From IMG/VR virus record IMGVR_UViG_3300006118_000032, positions 1-28,836 of that record: a stretch of 28,836 nucleotides of DNA. One strand, 5' to 3'. The DNA is from a virus (taxonomy: Duplodnaviria > Caudoviricetes). Each line of letters opens with the position of its first letter. Position 1 is the stretch's first letter. Under the pieces are notes generated by a model. That model was given only the letters and a program-made list of their open reading frames with translations. It was not told the DNA's origin and did no database searches. Positions 1-8,244 of the stretch are shown here, one piece after another. The position numbers were made by a program, and so were the translations under genes.

Positions 1-2
1 AC

Positions 3-104
3 CACGGGGATATTACCCGTGTAAAGGTTGATGAAACTCCTGCGGTTGTAGCACCGCCTACAGTTGAAACAACACCTTCTACACCTGAAGCTCCTGCGCA
101 ATAA
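3..104 (+). CDS. 3' end of an upstream gene (partial, Pro/Thr/Glu-rich C-terminus)
   Basis: Open frame HGDITRVKVDETPAVVAPPTVETTPSTPEAPAQ* ends at TAA 102-104, overlapping the next ATG (TAATG). Confidence 0.7.
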   Translation, partial: HGDITRVKVDETPAVVAPPTVETTPSTPEAPAQ

Positions 105-667
105 TGGATATGGATGCAATCATCGCCGATACAGATAAACGATTATCTGTTCATGAAGCTAAAGGACCAGTTTCGTTTGTTGGTAAATTGTTTACTAAAG
201 AATCTGTAAGTGAATATATGTCTTATGACCCTGAAACTGGCAATTTTTTACGTTTAAAAACGTCAGGGTCAAAAAAAATGGGTGAAAAAGTTGGGTACAA
301 CAATGGAAGATATTTGGAAATAAATGTTTTTGGGAAAAAAACAAGAGGACATAGATTGGCATGGTTTTTAACTTACGGCTATATGCCTAAAATTATTGAC
401 CATATTAATGGTAATGGTCTTGATAATAGATTAAGTAATTTAAGGGAAGTAACTCAACAAGAAAATTGTCATAATATAAAAAAATTGCCTAATCATAATA
501 CAACAGGATATATGGGTGTTTCATATTACAAAGCAGGAAAAAAATATTCCGCACACATAAATATAAACGGAAAGAAAAAACATTTAGGTTATTTTATAAC
601 GGCGTTAGATGCTCATAACGCTTATTTAACAGCAAAGAAAAAATATCATCCATCATGTCCGAATTAA
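104..667 (+). CDS. HNH homing endonuclease with C-terminal AP2-like DNA-binding domain, fused to a foreign 19-aa N-terminus
   Basis: YDPETG.F start, HRLAW, IDHINGNGLDNRLSNLREVT (HNH_3 type), then NTTGYMGVS...HLGYF..A..AY (AP2-like). Confidence 0.92.
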   Translation: MDMDAIIADTDKRLSVHEAKGPVSFVGKLFTKESVSEYMSYDPETGNFLRLKTSGSKKMGEKVGYNNGRYLEINVFGKKTRGHRLAWFLTYGYMPKIIDHINGNGLDNRLSNLREVTQQENCHNIKKLPNHNTTGYMGVSYYKAGKKYSAHININGKKKHLGYFITALDAHNAYLTAKKKYHPSCPN

Positions 668-861
668 AATATACTGAAATAGAAGCCAATTTTATAACGC
701 ATGAAAAAATTTGCGAAGAACGCTATAACGCTATTTTAGAATCCTTTGCGAAGGGTACTAAGCGCATGGAACGTATTGAATATTTGTTATATGCGGTGAT
801 TGTATCTATCTTTTTTGGTAAAGATTTTTTAGTTGAAACGGTAAAACACTTATTCAAATGA
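655..861 (+). CDS. Small membrane protein of the lysis cluster (coiled coil plus C-terminal TM; XhlA/holin-like)
   Basis: HEKICEERY...RMERIEYLLYAVIVSIFFG, a charged helix followed by one hydrophobic segment; lies upstream of holin and endolysin. Confidence 0.65.
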   Translation: MSELKYTEIEANFITHEKICEERYNAILESFAKGTKRMERIEYLLYAVIVSIFFGKDFLVETVKHLFK

Positions 862-862
862 A

Positions 863-1315
863 ATGCCTGATATTAACCCGATTGCCGAAGGAGCAAAGTC
901 TTTAGCAGATAGCCTTGAGCAAAGTCGGGAGGCTGGGAAGAAATTAACCAAAAGTATTGAAAACATCCAACGAGATGGAACAGAAGTTGCGTTACAAGAA
1001 TTAGAAGCAAGAAAGAAACATAAGATTCACGAAGAGTCGATGGAAAACTCTATGATATATAGAGCAATCCAAGAGTATAAAAATCAAAGTGCCATCATTC
1101 AAGCTGAGAATGAAGCTGAAAAAGAGTTTAAAGCTAAATATGGTGCAAAAGAATGGTCAAAAGTTTTAGAGTTAAAAGCGGTAGTAGAGAAGGAACATCA
1201 GGAAAGTAAAAAGTATTACGGGCATAAACTTGAAGATGTAAGAAGGGTGCAGTTTTATTGTTGGTTCGCTGCCTTTATTATCACGTGTTTGCTGTTTTAC
1301 TTTAATTTAGTATGA
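863..1315 (+). CDS. Hypothetical coiled-coil protein with C-terminal transmembrane anchor
   Basis: 150-aa charged helical ORF ending in FYCWFAAFIITCLLFYFNLV; tightly packed with its neighbours. Confidence 0.75.
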   Translation: MPDINPIAEGAKSLADSLEQSREAGKKLTKSIENIQRDGTEVALQELEARKKHKIHEESMENSMIYRAIQEYKNQSAIIQAENEAEKEFKAKYGAKEWSKVLELKAVVEKEHQESKKYYGHKLEDVRRVQFYCWFAAFIITCLLFYFNLV

Positions 1316-1479
1316 CATGGGCAACCTATTGGTTTGTTGTTTATTTGGTTGAATTGTTAATTTGGGCATATGTGGTTTATTTGCATTTTGAAGAAAAGTT
1401 ACATAAGAAACCTAAAGTAAAGTTTCCTGTGGAGCATAAAGTAATTGTTCGAACAAAGAAAGATATTGTCCGTGGATGA
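1312..1479 (+). CDS. 55-aa membrane protein (not in the ORF track)
   Basis: ATGA overlap with the previous stop; MTWATYWFVVYLVELLIWAYVVYLHFEEKLHKKPKVKFPVEHKVIVRTKKDIVRG has an N-terminal TM and a basic tail. Confidence 0.7.
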   Translation: MTWATYWFVVYLVELLIWAYVVYLHFEEKLHKKPKVKFPVEHKVIVRTKKDIVRG

Positions 1480-1549
1480 TGAACTGTTTAAATGGTGGAC
1501 AATGATGGCATTAATTTGTATGATGTTAATTATTCTTCTAAAGGATTGA
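1472..1549 (+). CDS. 25-aa putative membrane micro-protein (GTG start)
   Basis: MDDELFKWWTMMALICMMLIILLKD* exactly fills the gap between the 55-aa ORF and the holin ATG at 1551. Confidence 0.5.
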   Translation: MDDELFKWWTMMALICMMLIILLKD

Positions 1550-1550
1550 T

Positions 1551-1958
1551 ATGGCACTTGACCCCATTTCTGCTGCGTTAGATTTAGGCAATACGCTTAT
1601 TACACGCATTTTTCCTGACCCTGAACAGCAAGCAAATGCAAAGCTTGAGTTGTTAAAATTACAACAATCGGGTGATTTAGCAACCATGACCGCTCAAACA
1701 GACATTAATAAGGAAGAAGCAAAAAGTGCATCATTATTTGTATCGGGATGGCGACCTGCGATTGGTTGGGTATGTGCGTTGGCATTGTTCTACCAATATT
1801 TATTAAAGCCATTAGCATCAAGTTTATTACCTGCTTTTGGAATCCAAGTACCACCATTAGTTGGATTGGATGACAATTTGTGGCAACTTATGATGGGTAT
1901 GTTAGGTATGGGCGGATTAAGAACATTTGAAAAGGTACAAGGAGTAGCAAGCAAATGA
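1551..1958 (+). CDS. Holin, GTA/3TM-holin-like family
   Basis: Signature EA.S.SLFVSGWRPAIGWVCA and C-terminal LGMGGLRTFEK; near the endolysin. Confidence 0.85.
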   Translation: MALDPISAALDLGNTLITRIFPDPEQQANAKLELLKLQQSGDLATMTAQTDINKEEAKSASLFVSGWRPAIGWVCALALFYQYLLKPLASSLLPAFGIQVPPLVGLDDNLWQLMMGMLGMGGLRTFEKVQGVASK

Positions 1959-2167
1959 ATACTAAAGACCACGTAATGTTGATTGCTTCATGGTCACTTG
2001 TTTGTGTCATTATTGCCATGTTGTTAATGTTTGGATTTGCTGTAATTGACCCAAATGTAGATGATACAAAAGTTTTTGAGATTATTGGACCTGCTTTCCA
2101 AACGATTGTTGGAGGATTTATTGGTTTGATTACAGGCATTAAGATAGGTGAAAAAGATGAAGGATAA
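1955..2167 (+). CDS. Two-TM small membrane protein (holin/antiholin-like)
   Basis: Two hydrophobic segments; ATGA-coupled to the holin and overlapping the endolysin start. Confidence 0.7.
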   Translation: MNTKDHVMLIASWSLVCVIIAMLLMFGFAVIDPNVDDTKVFEIIGPAFQTIVGGFIGLITGIKIGEKDEG

Positions 2168-2672
2168 CTATCAAACAGCATTAGCTCATGTATTAAAAAG
2201 TGAGGGAGGTTGGAGTGACAACCCTCAAGACCCAGGGGGGGCTACTATGAAAGGGATTACGTTTGCTGTATTTAAGGAATGGAAGCGTAACCCACATTTA
2301 ACTAAAGATGATTTAAGGAATATAAGCGACCAAGATGTTCACGACCTTTACAAGCAATTATATTGGGATAAAGTACATGGTGACGAGCTTCCTAGTGGTG
2401 TCGATTATGCCACTTTTGATGCTTCTGTTAACATGGGCGTTGGTAGGGCTAGTAAACTACTACAAGAAGCCGTTGGAGTGCCTGCTGACGGCGTTATTGG
2501 GAGCGGAACGCTACAAGAAGTTCAAAAGGCGAATGCACGTTCTATTTTAGAAAACTTTTCCGTGCAAAAGACTAATTTTTATAAATCGCTACCAACATTC
2601 CCAACCTTTGGTAAGGGATGGTTGAATCGTGTTGCAGAAGTAAAAACAAGTGCAGAAAGTATGCTTGCATAA
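2157..2672 (+). CDS. Endolysin, glycoside hydrolase family 108 with C-terminal peptidoglycan-binding domain
   Basis: EGGWSDNPQDPGGATMKGIT catalytic motif, FD.SVNMG, DGVIG, FGKGWLNRV; start at ATG 2157 (after AGGTG) or at 2148. Confidence 0.93.
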   Translation: MKDNYQTALAHVLKSEGGWSDNPQDPGGATMKGITFAVFKEWKRNPHLTKDDLRNISDQDVHDLYKQLYWDKVHGDELPSGVDYATFDASVNMGVGRASKLLQEAVGVPADGVIGSGTLQEVQKANARSILENFSVQKTNFYKSLPTFPTFGKGWLNRVAEVKTSAESMLA

Positions 2673-2736
2673 GCAAAATCGTATTAAAATACAATAAACT
2701 GTTTGGGATAAACGGTTGGCATAACTAAGGAAAATT
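2662..2736 (+). promoter_or_regulatory. Intergenic region with two inverted repeats and RBS; possible late promoter or processing site
   Basis: TGCTT-GCAT-AAGCA (2662-2675), TAAAAT (2685-2690), AACTGTTT-GGGAT-AAACGGTT (2697-2717), AAGGA before ATG 2737; the only sizeable gap in the late operon. Confidence 0.35.
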
Positions 2737-3393
2737 ATGGCAGCTCAAACTACGCCCACAAATACATCTGCGTCGGCAATGACGTATAACTCTCTTATTC
2801 TTGATATTCAACAATATCTAGAGCGTAATGATTCTGCCGTAACAAATCAAATCCCTGAATTTATCATGTTGGCTGAGTTTGAAATTGCTCAGCAAATTAA
2901 AACTTTAGGACAGTTGCAAGTAGTTGAGTCAACCATGGTTACAGGTAATCCCGTTATTCCTAAGCCTGCAAGATGGCGCAAAACGGTTAGTATGAATTTA
3001 ACTACAGGCGGGCAAATTCAGCCTATTTTCTTACGTAAATATGAATATTTGCGTCAATATGCGCCAAGCTCTACAACGACAGGCACACCGCTATATTATG
3101 CGGATTACAACTATGATAATTGGATTGTTGCCCCGACGCCTGATACAAATTACACCTTTGAGGTATTGTATTACGAGCGACTTGCACCATTATCTAACGA
3201 CAATCAAACCAATTGGTTGACACAAAATGCACCAAATGCCATGTTGTATGGAACTTTATTACAAGCTATATTGTTTGTAAAAAATGACCAACGGCAAATT
3301 TTTGAACAGAAATATCAAGAAGCAATGCAAAGCTTAAAACAAGAAGACCAATTGCGTATTGCTGACAGACAAGCTATGGCTATTGAAAGTTAA
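2737..3393 (+). CDS. Probable head-to-tail adaptor / tail tubular protein A-like
   Basis: MTYNSL..DIQQYLER start, GTP.YYA, APTPD..Y..EVLYY, NWL...AP..MLYG.L pattern typical of phage adaptors; first gene of the tail block. Confidence 0.65.
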   Translation: MAAQTTPTNTSASAMTYNSLILDIQQYLERNDSAVTNQIPEFIMLAEFEIAQQIKTLGQLQVVESTMVTGNPVIPKPARWRKTVSMNLTTGGQIQPIFLRKYEYLRQYAPSSTTTGTPLYYADYNYDNWIVAPTPDTNYTFEVLYYERLAPLSNDNQTNWLTQNAPNAMLYGTLLQAILFVKNDQRQIFEQKYQEAMQSLKQEDQLRIADRQAMAIES

Positions 3394-3395
3394 CT

Positions 3396-4691
3396 ATGAC
3401 GAATCCAACGTATACCAATCCATTTACAGGTCAAACCGTATCGCCAAGTTCAACATCTTATGAATCGTTGACGATTAATGCAGATACGACATTACAATGG
3501 TCAATTAATGGTAACAATCAAAATCAAGTTACCGCCAATATTATTGAGGTAACGAATACCAATACAAATATTGTTAATCTAATCATGCCACCTGCTACTC
3601 AAGTAGCGCAAGGTCAAGCAATGATTATCCGCAACATTGGAACGTATTCTTTTACAGTTGTTCAATATAATACGTCAGCTCCGTATCCAACGATTATTAC
3701 AATCCCTTCAGGATTGTCGTATTACATCTATGTAACCAATAATACAACAACTGCAGGTACATGGAATTACGTATTATTTGGTGGTTCAACGGCTTCAACT
3801 AGCGCATCTGCATTAGCAGGATATGGTTTAGTTGCGATTAATACCACTTTAAATCAACAGTATTTAGTTTCTACATTTAGCTCTAATACGACTTTAACTT
3901 CAAATGCTCGTGCGCAAATGAATGTATGGACAGGGGGTGCAGGAACGGTTAATTTACCGTCTGCATCAAGTGTTGGAGCAAATTGGTTTACGATAGTTAA
4001 AAACGATGGTGCGGGCATATTAACTATTACACCAAATGGTACAGACACAATTGATGGCAACTCTAATCAACAATTACAACTGACAGAATCGATTGTTCTT
4101 GTTTCATATGGTTCAGGCGGTTGGTATACCTTTGGATACGGACGTTCTAATCAATTTGCCTATACAGAGTTAGCTTTATCCTTAACAGGTGGAACAACTG
4201 TACTGACTTCAGCTCAAGCGCAAAATACCATTCAAATTTATACAGGTTCATTAACAAGTAATGCCATTATTGTTGTACCGCAAACAGTACAACTGTATAC
4301 GGTAACCAATAATACGACAGGTTCTTATACTTTAACGGTTAAAACAAGTGCAGGCGGTGGAGCTACGGTTTCTGTAGCGCAAAGTACATCTTTGGTATTG
4401 ATTTGTGATGGAACAAACGTTTATAACGCGGCTTCGGGTTCTACATCATCGATTACATCATTAACCTTAGGTAATGGCTCTACATCTGTACCGTCACTCA
4501 AGTTTGTGGGTGATGCAAATACAGGTTTATTTTTGCCATCATCGGGTCAATTAGGTATTGTTGTATCGAACGTACAGCAGGCTTATTTTAGTTCAAGCGG
4601 ATTAAATGTAACAGGAGTAGGTGCATTTACAGGAGCTGTTTCAGGAACAACAGGAACGTTTACATCAGGCATTTACGCAGGAGCGTTTTAA
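3396..4691 (+). CDS. Virion structural protein, tail fibre/spike-like
   Basis: Thr/Ser/Gly/Asn-rich beta protein with three related modules (LIMPPAT.., VNLPSAS.., IVVPQT..) and the tail-fibre-type motif GSTSVPSLKFVGDANTGLF. Confidence 0.7.
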   Translation: MTNPTYTNPFTGQTVSPSSTSYESLTINADTTLQWSINGNNQNQVTANIIEVTNTNTNIVNLIMPPATQVAQGQAMIIRNIGTYSFTVVQYNTSAPYPTIITIPSGLSYYIYVTNNTTTAGTWNYVLFGGSTASTSASALAGYGLVAINTTLNQQYLVSTFSSNTTLTSNARAQMNVWTGGAGTVNLPSASSVGANWFTIVKNDGAGILTITPNGTDTIDGNSNQQLQLTESIVLVSYGSGGWYTFGYGRSNQFAYTELALSLTGGTTVLTSAQAQNTIQIYTGSLTSNAIIVVPQTVQLYTVTNNTTGSYTLTVKTSAGGGATVSVAQSTSLVLICDGTNVYNAASGSTSSITSLTLGNGSTSVPSLKFVGDANTGLFLPSSGQLGIVVSNVQQAYFSSSGLNVTGVGAFTGAVSGTTGTFTSGIYAGAF

Positions 4692-7600
4692 TGACCTCTA
4701 AAGTATTTACTTTAATGACCATCAAGCCTGGTATTCAGCGTGATGGAACAAATTTTGCATCTCCAAGATATGTAGACGGACTATGGGTAAGATTTCAACG
4801 TGGATTGCCAAGAAAGATTGGCGGATATAACGCATTATTCCAAAACGCTACAGATATTAGTCGTGGCTTAATTATGCAAGCGATTAATGGTTTGAACTAT
4901 ATTTATAGTGGACAAAGTGATGGCGTTTTAGGTTGGCAAACCAACGATTACAACGCACAAGGCTCAGGTCCAACTGTATTAAATATGTCAAATGCTTTCT
5001 CTTCTAATGTCAACAATTTATGGCAATGGGATTTGGTATTTGACCCAAATGGCACAGGTCAACTACAAGTTCTAGGACACCCTGGGCAAAATCTATTAAA
5101 TATTGATAACTCAATTAATACTCCTGTAATGACGGGTACGTTTCCTTATGGGGATATGACCAAAGTTGGCGTGTTTACAAATACCACAATTACAACAAAT
5201 GGTTTGCCTAACTTAACAATAAGTCCTCCAAACTATGCAATTGGCGCAGGATTATCTGTTTCAGGTACAGGAATTCCTGCTAGTACAACCATTGAGTCAT
5301 CTACTGTTACTTCAACGCAACTTTTAAGTTCTGTTGCAGTTACAAGTACAAGCGGAACGTTTTCAGCATCAACAACATCAGGATTGTTTGTAGGTCAAAC
5401 TGTATCCATTAGTGGCTCACTAGGCACATCTTCTTTATCTTCTGTTACGGTTACAGGAACAAGTGGAACATTTTCATGTACGCCAACTACAGGATTGTAT
5501 GTAGGACAGTCTGTTACTGTAGGAGGTTCATTTACTCCCTATTCGTTATCTAGTGTTGCTATTACAGGTTCAAGTGGTACATTCTCATGTACTTCAACTG
5601 TTGGTTTAGCGGTTGACCAAACAGTTTATGTTAGTGGGGCATTTCAAACAACATCTCTTTCTTCAGTAACTGTTACAAGCAATTCAGGACAGTTTTCTTG
5701 TGCATCAACCTCAGGTCTATATGTAGGTATGCCTATTACTGTTACAGGAACTCAGTCGTTATCTACTATTTCAGGAGTAGCGGTTACAGGAACTGCAGGA
5801 CAATGTTCTTGTACAGCAACAACAGGTTTATATATTGGTCAACCTGTTATTGTTACAGGAACTCTAACGGGTTCAGAAACAGGTATTAATTCTAATCAAA
5901 TTTATTACATTATTTCTACTAATGGTACAACGTCATTTACATTATCTGCAACGTACAACGGAACAGCAATTACAACAACAGCAGGTACTACTACAGGATT
6001 AGTTTTTCAAGCAACTTTATATAGTGGCGTGTATTCTAATACAACGTATTACATTACTGCAACAAACGGGACGTCTACATTCACTTTATCTGCAACACAA
6101 AATGGACCTGCTATTACTACTGTTATTACAAGTCTATCGGGCTTAAATTTTGTTGGGGCATTAGGAACGGGATTAACTTCAGGTACTATTTATTATATTG
6201 TTGCGACAAACGGGACATCAACATTTAGTTTGTCTAATATAAAAGGTGGAACGCCACTAAGTGCGACTTATGGCTCAACCACAGGATTATCATTTCAGAC
6301 AGTTCAGTATGCAGGAATTAGTCCTCCCACAACATATTATGTTATTGCAACCAATGGCACATCGACATTTACATTATCTGCAACATCAGGTGGTTCAGCT
6401 TTATCTACTATAGTTGCGCCATTAACAGGTTTGACTTTTACAGTATCTCAAAGTATAGGTATTCCTGTTAATACAACAAGTTCACCGAATTACTACATTA
6501 TTGCAACTGATAATGCTAGTACATTTACATTGTCTGCAACGCAAGGTGGTAGTGCTGTAACAACTATTGTAGCGCCCACAACGGGCTTAACATTTACATT
6601 AGGTACTTTCCAAAATGTAATTATGACAAACAATGCTACTGCAACAGGAAGTGTGACACTTACTTATGACAATAATATTAGCGTGTCAGGTGGCGTATGC
6701 GTGTTATATCCTTATACTTTCGTGTATGGCAATAATGGCTTAATACAAAATAATAGTGCAGGCAATCTTAATAATTGGATTGGTGCTGACGCAAACCAAA
6801 ATAACGTATCAGGTACAAAAGTTGTAAAAGGAATGCCACTAAGGGGTGGTACAACATCACCTGCGGGCTTGTTTTGGAGTACTGACCAATTAACACGTGT
6901 TACCTATGCGCCACAAAACGTAGGCACATCAACTATTTATTGGCGTTATGACATTATTTCTACGCAGACATCGATTATGTCAAGTCAATGTGTTATTGAA
7001 TATGATGGCATTTATTATTGGTGCGGTACGGATAGATTCTTGATGTATAACGGTGTTGTTCAAGAAATACCGAATAGTATCAATCAAAACTACTTTTTTG
7101 ATAATTTAAATTACTTTCAGCGTCAAAAGGTTTGGGTCAGTAAAATTCCAAGATATGGCGAAATATGGTGGTTTTATCCATCAGGTAATGCAACAGAATG
7201 TAATAACGCTATTATTTATAATGTACGTGAGCAAACTTGGTATGATGCAGGTTTTGCAATGGGTGCAAACCGTAGTGCGGGTATATTTACAGAAGTTTTC
7301 AGATATCCAATATGGGCAGATAATACTTCGTCTTCTTATAGTGTGACTCAAGTACTTGTTGTTAATGGTGGTTCAGGATACGCTGTAGGTGACTTTGTAA
7401 GCATTAACGGGCAAGGTGCGGGCGCTATTTGTCGAGTAGCTACCGTTAGTGGTTCAACTGTTTTAACTTTAACGCTAATTAATGGCGGAAATTATTCAGT
7501 AGCCCCTTCAGGTGTAACAACAACAACTGCACGACCACCATCAGCAGGAACAGGATTAACAGTATCTTTATTTACAAAACCAAGCTACGTTTTATGGCAA

Positions 7601-7999
7601 CATGAAACAGGAAAAGATTCAATTATTAATACAAACGTAGATGCAGTTCCATCTTATATAGAAACAAATTCATTAGGATGGGTAAATGGCGGTATAGGTA
7701 ACCCTCAGGCGTCAGGAGATAACGCTTGGATTCGTGTTGAAAGGGTTGAGCCTGATTTTGTACAAAACGGCTCTATGAGCTTATATATTAAAGGTAAAGG
7801 CTATGCGGATGAACAAATTGTCACAAGTCAACTATCGCCTTATGTATATGACCAAAACACCTTAAAAATTGATATGAAAGAACAATACCGTGAAATGCGT
7901 ATGCGGTTTGAAAGCAATACTTTTGGTGGTGATTATCAAATGGGTAATGTATTAGTACACGCCGATATTGGCGATGTTCGTGGCACAGGTAATCCATGA
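4691..7999 (+). CDS. Tail nozzle / DNA-stabilisation protein (P22 gp10 or tail tubular B-like) carrying large inserted domains
   Basis: KPGIQRDGT..WVRF..GLPRKIGG N-terminus; beta-propeller-like C-terminal half (YYWCGTDRFLMYNG.V, EIWWFYPS, IYN..EQTWY, R..PDF); lies after the adaptor and before the ejection-like genes. Confidence 0.7.
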   Translation: MTSKVFTLMTIKPGIQRDGTNFASPRYVDGLWVRFQRGLPRKIGGYNALFQNATDISRGLIMQAINGLNYIYSGQSDGVLGWQTNDYNAQGSGPTVLNMSNAFSSNVNNLWQWDLVFDPNGTGQLQVLGHPGQNLLNIDNSINTPVMTGTFPYGDMTKVGVFTNTTITTNGLPNLTISPPNYAIGAGLSVSGTGIPASTTIESSTVTSTQLLSSVAVTSTSGTFSASTTSGLFVGQTVSISGSLGTSSLSSVTVTGTSGTFSCTPTTGLYVGQSVTVGGSFTPYSLSSVAITGSSGTFSCTSTVGLAVDQTVYVSGAFQTTSLSSVTVTSNSGQFSCASTSGLYVGMPITVTGTQSLSTISGVAVTGTAGQCSCTATTGLYIGQPVIVTGTLTGSETGINSNQIYYIISTNGTTSFTLSATYNGTAITTTAGTTTGLVFQATLYSGVYSNTTYYITATNGTSTFTLSATQNGPAITTVITSLSGLNFVGALGTGLTSGTIYYIVATNGTSTFSLSNIKGGTPLSATYGSTTGLSFQTVQYAGISPPTTYYVIATNGTSTFTLSATSGGSALSTIVAPLTGLTFTVSQSIGIPVNTTSSPNYYIIATDNASTFTLSATQGGSAVTTIVAPTTGLTFTLGTFQNVIMTNNATATGSVTLTYDNNISVSGGVCVLYPYTFVYGNNGLIQNNSAGNLNNWIGADANQNNVSGTKVVKGMPLRGGTTSPAGLFWSTDQLTRVTYAPQNVGTSTIYWRYDIISTQTSIMSSQCVIEYDGIYYWCGTDRFLMYNGVVQEIPNSINQNYFFDNLNYFQRQKVWVSKIPRYGEIWWFYPSGNATECNNAIIYNVREQTWYDAGFAMGANRSAGIFTEVFRYPIWADNTSSSYSVTQVLVVNGGSGYAVGDFVSINGQGAGAICRVATVSGSTVLTLTLINGGNYSVAPSGVTTTTARPPSAGTGLTVSLFTKPSYVLWQHETGKDSIINTNVDAVPSYIETNSLGWVNGGIGNPQASGDNAWIRVERVEPDFVQNGSMSLYIKGKGYADEQIVTSQLSPYVYDQNTLKIDMKEQYREMRMRFESNTFGGDYQMGNVLVHADIGDVRGTGNP
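5324..5878 (+). repeat. Five tandem 111-nt (37-aa) repeats, type A: LSSV.VT..SG.FSC..T.GL.VGQ.V.V.G
   Basis: Unit starts at 5324, 5435, 5546, 5657, 5768 (exact 111-nt period). Confidence 0.95.
5882..6604 (+). repeat. Five tandem ~144-nt (48-aa) repeats, type B: G....YYI.ATNGTSTFTLSAT.GG.A.TT.....TGL.F
   Basis: YY codons at 5903, 6047, 6191, 6335, 6491 (spacings 144, 144, 144, 156 nt). Confidence 0.95.
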
Positions 8000-8244
8000 T
8001 AACCTTTGACCCTCGTAATATGACTTGGGATTATTGGTGTTCCCTTATGGCTGAACAATTTGCAAGTAATCAATTGGGGACAATACCTGAAGAACATTGG
8101 CGTTTGTGGGCGGATGGAATGCAAGGTATTGGTTATTTTGTACAAAATGGCGTACCTGACCATAGAAATTTTAATACATGGCAAGAATGGGCATCAAGCT
8201 TATGTGGTTTTATGAATATTGTATATACGAATGCGAATTATTAA
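7996..8244 (+). CDS. Hypothetical Trp-rich phage protein
   Basis: ATGA-coupled to the nozzle gene; 82 aa with DPR..TWD.W, W..WA and F.TWQEWA. Confidence 0.75.
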   Translation: MITFDPRNMTWDYWCSLMAEQFASNQLGTIPEEHWRLWADGMQGIGYFVQNGVPDHRNFNTWQEWASSLCGFMNIVYTNANY

